Source: a virus
IMG/VR virus record: IMGVR_UViG_3300043425_000861
Strand: one strand, 5' to 3'
Length of the DNA stretch: 64,000 nt
Made by a program: the position numbers and the translations under genes. Within the stretch, counting starts at the first letter, position 1. Each line of letters opens with the position of its first letter. Positions 31,324 through 41,160 of this stretch are shown here, piece after piece. The notes below the pieces were generated by a model, which searched no databases, had not been told where the DNA came from, and worked only from the letters and a program-made list of their open reading frames with translations.

Positions 31324-32442
31324 ATGAGCGCAACTATTATATCTCAACCAGAAAAAGAAAAACTATATTCTCAGGTGTTTAACCTATTAGGTATGCCTGT
31401 AAGAGGAATTGAATTAACCGAGGAACAAATGGATACCTTTATGGAGTTTTCATTATCCGAGTACGAACAATACGTTTCGGATTGGTTAATCGAATCCCAA
31501 TGGTCAGCGTTGGCTGGATTGGATGTTGATACACAATCACTAACAAGAGCTTTCACCACAAGGAGTTTAGATTATGAAACTCAATATACGTACTCATATT
31601 CTAAGATTGTTGGTTTACAGGCTAACGGACCTCACGAGTTAAAAAAGGATTATTTTGAATTGACGGGAGGTACCCAAACCTATGTAATTCCTGCAGGTCG
31701 TGAATTGAATGAACTTTTATGGTTTACCCGTGCTGAACTTACAGACTCCATTGTTGACCCGTTCTTAGGAGGTTTTGGTGGTCTTGGTGGTGTTGGTTTT
31801 GGTGGTGTGGGTGGTTTTGCTCAAATTGGTACATCGGGTTCTTACTTTATGTTACCGGCGTTCGACTTATTGTTGAGAATGCAGGATAGAAATATTAAAA
31901 ACCGTCTTATCGGTGGTGAATTAACATATAGAGTTACTGCAGGACCAAACGGTACAAAAATTATACACTTAATGAACGTACCGGGTGGTAAGTTTGATTT
32001 TGGTTCTATTAAACAAGCAAACTATAAAGTTTGGTATTGGTATTATGAAACTACCGATAGAGATACTTGTCTTGAGAAAAATAAAGACGTTATTAAATTA
32101 CCGTCTGATGTGGACACTGAACAATTAACTTGGGATTCACTAAATAAACCCGCACAAAACTGGGTTAGAAAGTATCTAATAGGTTACGCTAAAGAAGGTT
32201 TAGGTCGTATATGGGGTAAGTTCTCAGGTGACCTACAAGTTCCTGATAGTACTATTAAATTAGATTATAGTTCTTTACTTACTGAAGGTAAAGATGAAAG
32301 GTCTAAACTTGTTGAAGAATTAATGCAAAGATTGGAAAGACTTCGCCCTGACAAAATGTTGGAAAGAAAAGCGAACGAAGCCGAAAATCTTAACAAAGCA
32401 TTAAAGTTCAGAGCGATGCCTTCACCATTCAACGTGATTTAA
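31324..32442 (+). CDS. Neck protein (gp13-like)
   Basis: LGMP...IELTEEQ, WVRKY....AKE.LG.IWGKF and a Gly-rich loop; late motif upstream. Confidence 0.8.
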   Translation: MSATIISQPEKEKLYSQVFNLLGMPVRGIELTEEQMDTFMEFSLSEYEQYVSDWLIESQWSALAGLDVDTQSLTRAFTTRSLDYETQYTYSYSKIVGLQANGPHELKKDYFELTGGTQTYVIPAGRELNELLWFTRAELTDSIVDPFLGGFGGLGGVGFGGVGGFAQIGTSGSYFMLPAFDLLLRMQDRNIKNRLIGGELTYRVTAGPNGTKIIHLMNVPGGKFDFGSIKQANYKVWYWYYETTDRDTCLEKNKDVIKLPSDVDTEQLTWDSLNKPAQNWVRKYLIGYAKEGLGRIWGKFSGDLQVPDSTIKLDYSSLLTEGKDERSKLVEELMQRLERLRPDKMLERKANEAENLNKALKFRAMPSPFNVI

Positions 32443-35336
32443 CTTTCAACAGCGTGTAAAGCGAAGTCGTTACCATTGGTTTCGATTATTTCATCTTCAT
32501 TACTCTTAATACTTTCAGCTTGTAGAGCAACTACTTTTCTATTGTGTTCTACCCAATACGGGTCTGCAAGCTCCAAACTATTTTCTACATACATAAAGAA
32601 CGGGTCACGACCAACTCTGTTCCAAAATAACACCTCACTATCAGATAATGTCATAACCTCATCAAACTTATCTTGTCCATCTTCTTTTAATGGGTGACCA
32701 TTGATTAATTCACATTGTAGTTTTGTAAAGTATTGTCTTTCCTCTGGATTTTCAATCAAGATATCTTCACGTATTTCGGGCTTGAATACACAAAGTAATG
32801 GTTCAATTCGTTTATTGAAGTTGGTTAAATAACGAGCTACATTATATTCTCCTGTTAAGTTAGGATTGTTTACAATTTCTTTTTCAGGAATCATATAACA
32901 ATTGATTTCGATATATTCACTCGGCATATCAGAACCAAATTTAGTACGATATTCTTCTTGTTGTTTTTTGGTCGGTTTTGTTATTTTAGTTACGTCACCA
33001 GAAGATTTTTTTACACCATTATTTACATAATAGATGGTATCACCAAGACCAGCGGGATAATCATTTTGAATAATTAATTCCATATGCGCTTGTCGTGACA
33101 TTAAAGAACCTGCTTTAGTTGTTTTCTTAATATGTTTTTTATAATCTTCGATTGATTGTTTTACACGAGCTTTATTTGCAATCTTGGCTAATGGTATTTC
33201 TTTATTATAAATCTTGGTTACATATTCATAATACAACTCAACAAAAGATAACCCATCACCATTCAATAACATCTTTAAACCCTCATCTAAAAATTCAACA
33301 ATATATGTTTGTAATTTTTTTGATTTAATTGTGTTACCTGTTAATTTAATTTTTTCTTTACCCTTCTTCATCAACTTAATGATATAGTTCTTACGAGAAA
33401 CATTGATACAAGCAGGTGCAGTGTAGTCAATATCGAGACCCATTTCATTTCTCATAAAGATATCGTTGAATTCTGCGGTGTCGGCTTCAATACCTTCATA
33501 TTCCTTACCTTCATCCACTAATTCATTCAAACCTTTACCGATATATTTGTGTTCATTAATCGTGTCAGGAGTTTCAAAGTTCACACCATCCGTATCCATT
33601 ACGAGAGGTTTATATCCTTTCTTCATAAAGAACATAATCATCATACGTAAACATTGACGACCTGTACACGTAATAGTTTCACCCATATTCATATCACCCC
33701 AAGGAAATACTTGTGGAGCAGATAAACTACCGAAGTATGCGTTAATAAAAATCTTAATTGGTAATTGTTTACGGTCATACATTTCCGCCTCAATTGGATT
33801 TGAATTTTTCAATTCACCGGCAAGTCTTTTATACTTAATACGAATGTTACGGAAATACTTTAACATTGATTTCTGTACACCCATAATATCACATTCAGGG
33901 AATACATCATATACAAGTTGAATAGATGGATAAAGTGATGCGTAGTCAAACTTAACAATGTTCTTTGAGTATCCTACATTTAATAAACGAGAAAGTCCTC
34001 CTGTAATTGCACGTTTCTCATCTTTAGCGGGAACTGCTAAGTTATTCTCATAAGACCAAGCTAACATTATTATCTTCCATAATGTTGCAGTACCCATTGT
34101 TGCAATTCTTTCATATGTTGTAGGTACCAATTTAGAAAGTAGAAACGTTGATTGTGAAAATGAATCATCTACAATCATTGTTTCGTACAAGTCATCGTCA
34201 AGATATTGTTCTACAATTTTTCTACCTGGCCATATTTCAAATTTGCCGGGATATTTTTCCATTAACCCTTCTGTACCAGGGTCACCTATTTGTTTGTAAT
34301 TTCCTGTCTTAGGATTTACATAATAACTTTCATTATCAAGATATATCTTAGAAATTTTACCACCATCAACGTAAACACGATTAGGTTTTTCTTTCTCCAA
34401 ATATTGTGTAATATATTTCAAACCCCAAGACTTAATCTCTGAGTTAATTGCCTGTGCTCTACGAACAGAATGCGCAATATCTATAATATTAAAACCCCAC
34501 ATCACGTGTTGTGTATACGGCTCAATTTCGTTTGCAAGTTTTAACATCCCTTCTTTCTCTTTCATACCTTGTGATGTAAAGATTTGTGTTAAACCTTCAA
34601 CATCAACACCAAGTATTTGTGCACGTTTTAATATAAACGGCCAGTCAAAGAACGCGGAGTTATAACCACCAATAATAGTCGGTTTTAAATTTCTGATGTG
34701 TTGAAAAAATCTCTCTATACAAGTCTTTTCACCATCTTCACCAAACGCGGGAATTGTTTCATTTAAACCACGGTTATCCTTAACTCCAATCAAAATGATA
34801 TTACAAGTTTCAGGGTCTAAACCTGTGGTTTCAATATCGAATACGAATCGATGAACACCACCATAATCATCAATACCTTTGAATAATCTTTTTCTTTTTT
34901 GAATTAGGTATTGTTCTACGGGAGATAGTATTGTAAAAAATTGTCTACATTTTTCATCCCAAGGATTTAATCCTCCCATTCTAAAGAATGAAATTAAATC
35001 AGTGTAACTTTTAATACTTTTTACTAAGTATTTCATACCGGCTTCAAGACGTTCATTACCACCCGTTTCTAACTTCTCAATTAGAATACCGAACTCACCC
35101 ATTCTTTTCTTTTGAATAGATTTAGAATTACCATAGAAATTTAATCCTGATAAATCACCTACCCACATAAATGGTGTAAACGAATCTTCTCGAATGATTT
35201 TACCCTGAATAGGGTCTTGAATAATTTTGTAGATTTTGTTTGATGGGTAGTCATATTCGACACCCACGATGAATTCTTCAGGGTCACCCCCGTTAAGGAA
35301 GCTTTCGATAACTTCCTGAGATATTACCTCTTTCAT
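32439..35336 (-). CDS. Family B DNA polymerase
   Basis: ExoI FDIETTG, ExoII YNSAFFD, motif A DYASLYPS, motif B KIFINAYFG, motif C MDTDG, and KNY. Confidence 0.96.
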   Translation of the reverse strand: MKEVISQEVIESFLNGGDPEEFIVGVEYDYPSNKIYKIIQDPIQGKIIREDSFTPFMWVGDLSGLNFYGNSKSIQKKRMGEFGILIEKLETGGNERLEAGMKYLVKSIKSYTDLISFFRMGGLNPWDEKCRQFFTILSPVEQYLIQKRKRLFKGIDDYGGVHRFVFDIETTGLDPETCNIILIGVKDNRGLNETIPAFGEDGEKTCIERFFQHIRNLKPTIIGGYNSAFFDWPFILKRAQILGVDVEGLTQIFTSQGMKEKEGMLKLANEIEPYTQHVMWGFNIIDIAHSVRRAQAINSEIKSWGLKYITQYLEKEKPNRVYVDGGKISKIYLDNESYYVNPKTGNYKQIGDPGTEGLMEKYPGKFEIWPGRKIVEQYLDDDLYETMIVDDSFSQSTFLLSKLVPTTYERIATMGTATLWKIIMLAWSYENNLAVPAKDEKRAITGGLSRLLNVGYSKNIVKFDYASLYPSIQLVYDVFPECDIMGVQKSMLKYFRNIRIKYKRLAGELKNSNPIEAEMYDRKQLPIKIFINAYFGSLSAPQVFPWGDMNMGETITCTGRQCLRMMIMFFMKKGYKPLVMDTDGVNFETPDTINEHKYIGKGLNELVDEGKEYEGIEADTAEFNDIFMRNEMGLDIDYTAPACINVSRKNYIIKLMKKGKEKIKLTGNTIKSKKLQTYIVEFLDEGLKMLLNGDGLSFVELYYEYVTKIYNKEIPLAKIANKARVKQSIEDYKKHIKKTTKAGSLMSRQAHMELIIQNDYPAGLGDTIYYVNNGVKKSSGDVTKITKPTKKQQEEYRTKFGSDMPSEYIEINCYMIPEKEIVNNPNLTGEYNVARYLTNFNKRIEPLLCVFKPEIREDILIENPEERQYFTKLQCELINGHPLKEDGQDKFDEVMTLSDSEVLFWNRVGRDPFFMYVENSLELADPYWVEHNRKVVALQAESIKSNEDEIIETNGNDFALHAVES

Positions 35337-35432
35337 TTTATATTTTTTTAAAGTGACGTATTAGCTTGTGACCTAAATCACAATTTGCCTTGTTACTTAA
35401 TAAATATAAAAAATTAAAAGGAGAAAAACAAA

Positions 35433-35801
35433 TTACACAATGTTAATGTATAACTTTTCTTTGATTGGTAGAATAAGTTTTGTTGTTGGGTTTGAGTTTG
35501 TGTCTAAAAATTGAACCGTTACAATCCCTTCATATTTTCCTTTAAGTGACGTACCTTCTTCTGAAAAACGATAGGTAATGTAATATTCGTCAGTTGTTTG
35601 GTCATACTTTTTGGTTCTTGTCGTTAATAGACAAGAACCATTTAAAATATGATATTCTTCTGTTTTAACATCAAACATTTCAAATGTGATGTCTGAATTT
35701 TCTAGCATATCATTAAAGGACGACTTGTCGTTTTTACCGTCATCAATCAATCTCATTTTAAGGATTGGGTCAGTTGCCCCTTGTCTGATAAAAAATTCCA
35801 T
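35433..35801 (-). CDS. Small BppU-N-like virion adaptor protein
   Basis: FFIRQG.T.P.L...L pattern and a GKYEG motif. Confidence 0.5.
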   Translation of the reverse strand: MEFFIRQGATDPILKMRLIDDGKNDKSSFNDMLENSDITFEMFDVKTEEYHILNGSCLLTTRTKKYDQTTDEYYITYRFSEEGTSLKGKYEGIVTVQFLDTNSNPTTKLILPIKEKLYINIV

Positions 35802-36037
35802 TACTTAATTGTTATGATGTATTCAAAACCACTTTTATTTGGTACCACATCAGTATCGTTCATTTTACCTGTTCCAAAATAGAATTCTTCAGAAATAATT
35901 TCAGATGGTAAACTAATGACGGATTTTATTTGATTTTTTACATCTAATGTGGTTAATCCGTCGGTTATTTTAACCTGCATTTTTTTCTTTGTTAACATCT
36001 TATTAGATGTTTTAATTTTAATATCTATGTTAATCAT
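35801..36037 (-). CDS. Small protein with a ubiquitin-like (beta-grasp) pattern
   Basis: 78 aa; by-eye alignment to ubiquitin (see findings). Confidence 0.4.
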   Translation of the reverse strand: MINIDIKIKTSNKMLTKKKMQVKITDGLTTLDVKNQIKSVISLPSEIISEEFYFGTGKMNDTDVVPNKSGFEYIITIK

Positions 36038-36062
36038 TTTTTTATTTGTTTTAATTTAAAAA

Positions 36063-38144
36063 TTAATCCCACCAAATGTAGTCGTTAATCATTTCATAAG
36101 AATCTAAATCTGTAATTACTTGAGATAAAACAGATGTTTCATTAATCATCCAAGCGGTGTATGTATCATTATCACTATTGGTTATCACAACGTATCTATT
36201 TTTGGCTACGAATGTGTTATCTCTGAAAGAATGTTCGGTGTCGTGTTCGTTTAATAATGTACCATTAAAATCATAAAGTTTGATTTTAAAAGTATTTGTA
36301 TCTGCGTCAAGGTATGTGTACATTATTTTATCATAACCGACATTGATAGCCAAATCCGTTCCTTCGGGTAGTTGAAATTCAGTTCCAATACTATTGGCGT
36401 TAACCATTCTAGCAAATCCTGTATTTGTATTGAATGCCAATAAATTCGCTTGTTCCAAATATGTACCTGTTTGGTATCCAACAACATAATACACCTCATC
36501 ATAATAATTCATTGATGTAAATCCGGTTGTTGAATTATTAACATAATATGAATCTGAATTATTAGCCCTAACAATTCCAATATTTCTAGTTGTGTTCCAA
36601 TTAAGGTTTGTAAGTCCTGTTAAAGAATCAAGAATTGAACCATTAGGTCCAACTAAATGAATTGAGTATAATGTATAACCACTATAATCTATACTGAAAA
36701 AATATCTGTTTCCAAGACCATCCCAATTGGTACCATTTACATCTGAAGTTAACATACTTGTTTCAGTAATTGTAACACCAGATTCGGGTGTTATAGTTAA
36801 CATTTCAACAAATCCATTACCCATATTACCTGAAGTTACTGTAAAATATCCTACATCAGATATTTGGCCCCAAGGATTTATCGTTTTATCAAAACTACCA
36901 GTATCAATTAGATTGTAAGTGGTAAATCCTGTTTGGCCACTCATCATATACATAATATCACAATAACTAACATCAACACCATATTGTATCCAGTTTTGTG
37001 AATTATAGAAAGTTAAAACTAAATTTTCTGATGTATTGTTATCGGGCCAAAAGAAATTGTTCGAATCTATACTGAATGACGGATAATTTGTTTTATTATG
37101 TGTTGATTCTGTTAATACATCAGTATCTCCATTGTAGTGATAGATTTTATAGTCAACAGATGAATCATCACTGTTATAGAACACTAAAATACATTTATTT
37201 GTACCATAGAAATTAAAATCAAATGAAGTGTATATTGTATCTCCCAAAGTATGTGAATCACCAATAATATCACCATCAATATCTCTGATATCAAACTCAA
37301 CATAAGTTTGATTAACATTATCATATGTTATGTTAACCATAAAATTATATGCCGGCCCGTAATGAAAACTAGAAGTATAACCCGACGTTAATGAGAAAAT
37401 TTGGTCTTGCGTTCCGTCAGTTTTCATTAAATGATAAGTTGAACCGGTTACAGTACTAGTAGAAACATCGCTACTTTCTTTCTCAATAATAAATGAGCCG
37501 TCTGGTGTTGTAGAATCTTCGTCCCACTCAATATCAATATCTTGATACGACGCGTCCCAAGTGTATGTATAAACATTAACACCATTTGAATATTTCATAA
37601 CACCATTTTGGTTGTCAATATATGCAACCCAAGTTCCATCATATGCATCTAAATCAGTATTGTTTGTTGTTCCTGTATACGTATCAATAATTTGATTGGA
37701 TGCGTCGGTAAAAATAACATATTTTGATTCGTAATTACCATTTCTACCTTCAAACTCATACATATATCCACCATTTGTTATTGGGTGGATGTCATCAATG
37801 TCCCATACGCTTGCGTCAATACCAAAATCAATTATTTCAGCGTCAAAATCTGTGAAATTTAGGGTTATTGCACCATAGTTATCCGAACCTACCATTTGAG
37901 AAACCAAAACAAATGTCTCTTGACTTGTTACCGGCTCTTCAATTGTTAAGGTGTATGTGTAGTCATACTCTGGTAGATATATGGAATATACGCCATATGG
38001 ATGAGACGTGATATTATTGAAAGGTATTGTTACCTCACCGATATTAACCGATGTACCTGACGTGGAACCCGTATATGGTACGAATGTAACCGTTGCGGTT
38101 TTACCACTAAGATTTGAACTTGTAATTCTTGCACCTATTGCCAT
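36063..38144 (-). CDS. Acidic beta-rich virion / fibre-associated protein
   Basis: 693 aa, rich in T/D/N/Y; late motif upstream. Confidence 0.6.
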   Translation of the reverse strand: MAIGARITSSNLSGKTATVTFVPYTGSTSGTSVNIGEVTIPFNNITSHPYGVYSIYLPEYDYTYTLTIEEPVTSQETFVLVSQMVGSDNYGAITLNFTDFDAEIIDFGIDASVWDIDDIHPITNGGYMYEFEGRNGNYESKYVIFTDASNQIIDTYTGTTNNTDLDAYDGTWVAYIDNQNGVMKYSNGVNVYTYTWDASYQDIDIEWDEDSTTPDGSFIIEKESSDVSTSTVTGSTYHLMKTDGTQDQIFSLTSGYTSSFHYGPAYNFMVNITYDNVNQTYVEFDIRDIDGDIIGDSHTLGDTIYTSFDFNFYGTNKCILVFYNSDDSSVDYKIYHYNGDTDVLTESTHNKTNYPSFSIDSNNFFWPDNNTSENLVLTFYNSQNWIQYGVDVSYCDIMYMMSGQTGFTTYNLIDTGSFDKTINPWGQISDVGYFTVTSGNMGNGFVEMLTITPESGVTITETSMLTSDVNGTNWDGLGNRYFFSIDYSGYTLYSIHLVGPNGSILDSLTGLTNLNWNTTRNIGIVRANNSDSYYVNNSTTGFTSMNYYDEVYYVVGYQTGTYLEQANLLAFNTNTGFARMVNANSIGTEFQLPEGTDLAINVGYDKIMYTYLDADTNTFKIKLYDFNGTLLNEHDTEHSFRDNTFVAKNRYVVITNSDNDTYTAWMINETSVLSQVITDLDSYEMINDYIWWD

Positions 38145-38205
38145 AGTTTAATGTTTTGTCTATTATAAATACTTTATTTTGTTATATCTTTTATTATTTT
38201 TTATT

Positions 38206-41157
38206 TTATAATCCGTATTTTGATTTATCCACATTGTAGTTACCTAAAACCTCCGCGGCAGTCAATGCTTTACCATATATTCTAACTATACCGATTTTAC
38301 CGTCAAACCACTGTGCATATTCACCATTATTATATGAACCAATGTATAAATTCGTAGAGGTGTTTAATATACTTGATAAACTATGACTCACACTACCTAT
38401 ACTTGTACCATTAACAAATGTCTCAAACGTATTGGCCGATTGATTGGTGAACACATAAACTATTTGATACCACGTATTAAGTGTTGCCGTGTGATTTGTG
38501 CTATTAACAAACAAAGTGGACCCAGAACCGGAACCTGAACCATATTGAGCATAAAATACTGAACCCGTAGTTCTAATACTATAACCCACATTTTGTGTTA
38601 ATCCCCCAGCATTGAATTTACCAAGTACAACGTCATTACCTGCAACCGATTGATTTACCCAAACTTCTACTGTCCAATCACCCTCTTGTGGTTCTAATCC
38701 AATACTATCGGCAACTGAAATTTGAGAAGATGTTCCGTTGAATGTAAAGTATGGTGATGTATATGTTAGATTCGACATCGTTCCATTTCTACCCTGACCA
38801 GTCAAATCGGTAATTGTTGTTCCGGAGCCTGAATATGACGTTGTATTAGATGGGTCATAATGTAAAACTAAACCTAATCCCGCAACACAATTAATTGTTG
38901 CTGATTTCGCAATAATATTTGAAGGGTTTTCGGTTTCTCTTACCGCCACCCAATATGTTCCGCTTGAACCTATGGTTACAACACCGACATTTCCACCAAC
39001 TATAGGACCCCACGAAGATGCATTAAGTGCACTATTTTCGGTAGTATGTGCTCCGGCACTATATTGGTAATTATTAGATGCCGAACCAACAAGATTACTT
39101 ATTCTAATCGAACCGTTATTATTACAAGTACCTGAAATACTAAAATTCAAAGGTTCTAATGTTGGTGTTGGAGTAGGTGTTGGTGTACTCGTTGGTGTAG
39201 GAGTTGGTGTTGGAGTTGGTGTGCTCGTTGGTGTAGGTGTAGGTGCACAATCAACGAATATTGATTTAGCAAAAACATTTGAAGAATTATTTCTATCCCT
39301 TATTGAAACCCAATATGTTGCGGTAACATTAGGTATTGGAACACCGGTCGTTGTAAATGTATTTGAATTTGCCAATTCAGTCCATTGAGGAGCATTTAAC
39401 GCTTCTGACTCGGTATTAAATAATCCAAATCCTATATCATATACACCCGAACCACCAACATAATTTGTTGTATAAACACGTCCACCCAAATAACAATCAG
39501 ATGATATTGTAAAATCTAAAGGAGACTCTGTAGGTGTTGGTGTAGGGGTTGGAGTACTTGTAGATGTTGGGGTTGGAGTTGATGTGCTCGTTGGAGTTGG
39601 TGTAGGAGTTTCTGTAGGTGTTGGTGTGGGTGTTGGAGTTAATTCAGGACAATCCCAATTACTATAAGTTGAATTATAATTTCCCAAAATAGTAGATTCA
39701 CTTAGAGGTCCATCATATACCTCAAACGTACCCATTCTAAAATTACCATAACCACCGTCACCTAAACTTGTCGGACAATTACCTGCAACACTATAGTATA
39801 ATGGAGCTCCTCCCATATAATTGTATGGAGTTTGTCTATCAACACCAAAACTACTACCGGCTAAAGAACCATTAACATATGCTCTTAATGTGAATCCGTC
39901 ATAAGTAAATCCAATATAATACCAATTATTTAATGGGGTTGATATTGTTGAGGTAATTACGCTACTATGTGGCCAAACGGCAAATTTTAATGTACCGTTA
40001 ACCAATTCTATTTGAGAGTCATACCAATTCGTATTTGGTGGAAGAGTTCCTTGTTCTGAAAGAATAACACCATCGTCGATTAAATAAACCCAAGTGAATA
40101 TCGAAATAAGTGTTGAGGTATTTGATGGATTTAAATACGGGTTTAAATTACCTGTAACTAAAAAATTATTTATACCATTAAATTCAACATAGTTACTACA
40201 AGATGTTGAACCTGTTGATGGATTATTCTGTAATGTACCACCAATTCCATTAATTGTATCGGATACCGTGGTTCCATTTATACCACTTAAATCATCAAAA
40301 TTATAATATAAAATTTGATTTACGGGTATTGGTGTTTCTGTTGGTGTAGGAGTTGGAGTTGGGGTCGGTGTTGGTGTAGGAGTTGGAGTTGGGGTCGGTG
40401 TTGGTGTAGGAGTTGGTGTGGTTTGAATTAATGATTCAAACAACACATATACTGTTGTGTTATTTAAAAACATCCCCGCAGATGGTTGTATTAATTCTAT
40501 TGTGTGTTCCTCACTGTCGAAGTAGAAAGCACCAAATTCAGAACCTGATAAACTACTACCGGTATAAACCGCACAATCATTATTTTGACATAATGTAAAT
40601 CTAAACGGAGCATTACCATTTAGGAATTGAGATAAAAATTCTGAATTATCATTTCCTTGAGCGTCGATTGGATTTATCCAAAACGATTCGGTAATACCAT
40701 CATTAGGTCCTAATCCATTCGGATTTAATAACCCAATATTATTTTGAAAATCCGGCATTATTATGTAACCCTCACTTGGAGGTGCATATTCTTCAGGTTG
40801 TGCACCTGTTAATGTATATACAAATCCTTGAGGATTTATAATTTCAGACTGTAAATCGTTGTTTGGTATTAAAGTGTATGTTAAATCTGTATTTGGTATT
40901 AATGTATATGTGATATCGTTATTAGGTATTGATATAAAACTAATATCGTTATCGGGTATAAAAATATATTGAATGTCGTTATTAGGTAATTCGGTGTAAT
41001 TAAAATCGTTTGATGGGATTAATGTATATGTTAAATCATCATTCGGTATTAAGACATATCTAAAATCATTTTGAGGTGGTAATACTATATCATTTACAAT
41101 AACAAGATTACCACCGATAGGTTTAAATTGATTACTAAAACTCGATATTATCGGCAT
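38206..41157 (-). CDS. Modular adhesin / fibre protein with two LamG (ConA-like) domains and Pro-Thr linkers
   Basis: FNG, W.....YDG...YVNG and IY...L...E...NY motifs occur twice; three PT tracts; two duplicated Cys-bounded modules. Confidence 0.85.
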   Translation of the reverse strand: MPIISSFSNQFKPIGGNLVIVNDIVLPPQNDFRYVLIPNDDLTYTLIPSNDFNYTELPNNDIQYIFIPDNDISFISIPNNDITYTLIPNTDLTYTLIPNNDLQSEIINPQGFVYTLTGAQPEEYAPPSEGYIIMPDFQNNIGLLNPNGLGPNDGITESFWINPIDAQGNDNSEFLSQFLNGNAPFRFTLCQNNDCAVYTGSSLSGSEFGAFYFDSEEHTIELIQPSAGMFLNNTTVYVLFESLIQTTPTPTPTPTPTPTPTPTPTPTPTPTPTETPIPVNQILYYNFDDLSGINGTTVSDTINGIGGTLQNNPSTGSTSCSNYVEFNGINNFLVTGNLNPYLNPSNTSTLISIFTWVYLIDDGVILSEQGTLPPNTNWYDSQIELVNGTLKFAVWPHSSVITSTISTPLNNWYYIGFTYDGFTLRAYVNGSLAGSSFGVDRQTPYNYMGGAPLYYSVAGNCPTSLGDGGYGNFRMGTFEVYDGPLSESTILGNYNSTYSNWDCPELTPTPTPTPTETPTPTPTSTSTPTPTSTSTPTPTPTPTESPLDFTISSDCYLGGRVYTTNYVGGSGVYDIGFGLFNTESEALNAPQWTELANSNTFTTTGVPIPNVTATYWVSIRDRNNSSNVFAKSIFVDCAPTPTPTSTPTPTPTPTPTSTPTPTPTPTLEPLNFSISGTCNNNGSIRISNLVGSASNNYQYSAGAHTTENSALNASSWGPIVGGNVGVVTIGSSGTYWVAVRETENPSNIIAKSATINCVAGLGLVLHYDPSNTTSYSGSGTTITDLTGQGRNGTMSNLTYTSPYFTFNGTSSQISVADSIGLEPQEGDWTVEVWVNQSVAGNDVVLGKFNAGGLTQNVGYSIRTTGSVFYAQYGSGSGSGSTLFVNSTNHTATLNTWYQIVYVFTNQSANTFETFVNGTSIGSVSHSLSSILNTSTNLYIGSYNNGEYAQWFDGKIGIVRIYGKALTAAEVLGNYNVDKSKYGL
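40341..40416. repeat. Exact 30-bp tandem repeat encoding (PT)n
   Basis: ttggtgtaggagttggagttggggtcggtg repeated about 2.5 times. Confidence 0.9.
40835..41076. repeat. About 8 degenerate 30-bp (10-aa) repeats, consensus NDLxYxLIPN
   Basis: NDFRYVLIPN DDLTYTLIPS NDFNYTELPN NDIQYIFIPD NDISFISIPN NDITYTLIPN TDLTYTLIPN. Confidence 0.9.
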
Positions 41158-41160
41158 ATT

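Noticed and set aside
32439-35336. Inteins or group I introns in polB, nrdA or the helicases
   Set aside because: Motif spacing is normal, reading frames are continuous, and I saw no intein splice-junction or LAGLIDADG motifs.
35340-35400. c-di-GMP-I riboswitch suggested by GGCAAA plus a hairpin
   Set aside because: It lacks the GNRA loop, the receptor and the second stem, and is too short. It is kept only as a generic leader structure.
40835-41076. CRISPR array suggested by the 30-bp periodicity (also the 141-bp period at 46942-47450)
   Set aside because: The units are degenerate at synonymous positions, in frame within ORFs, and have no repeat-spacer structure.
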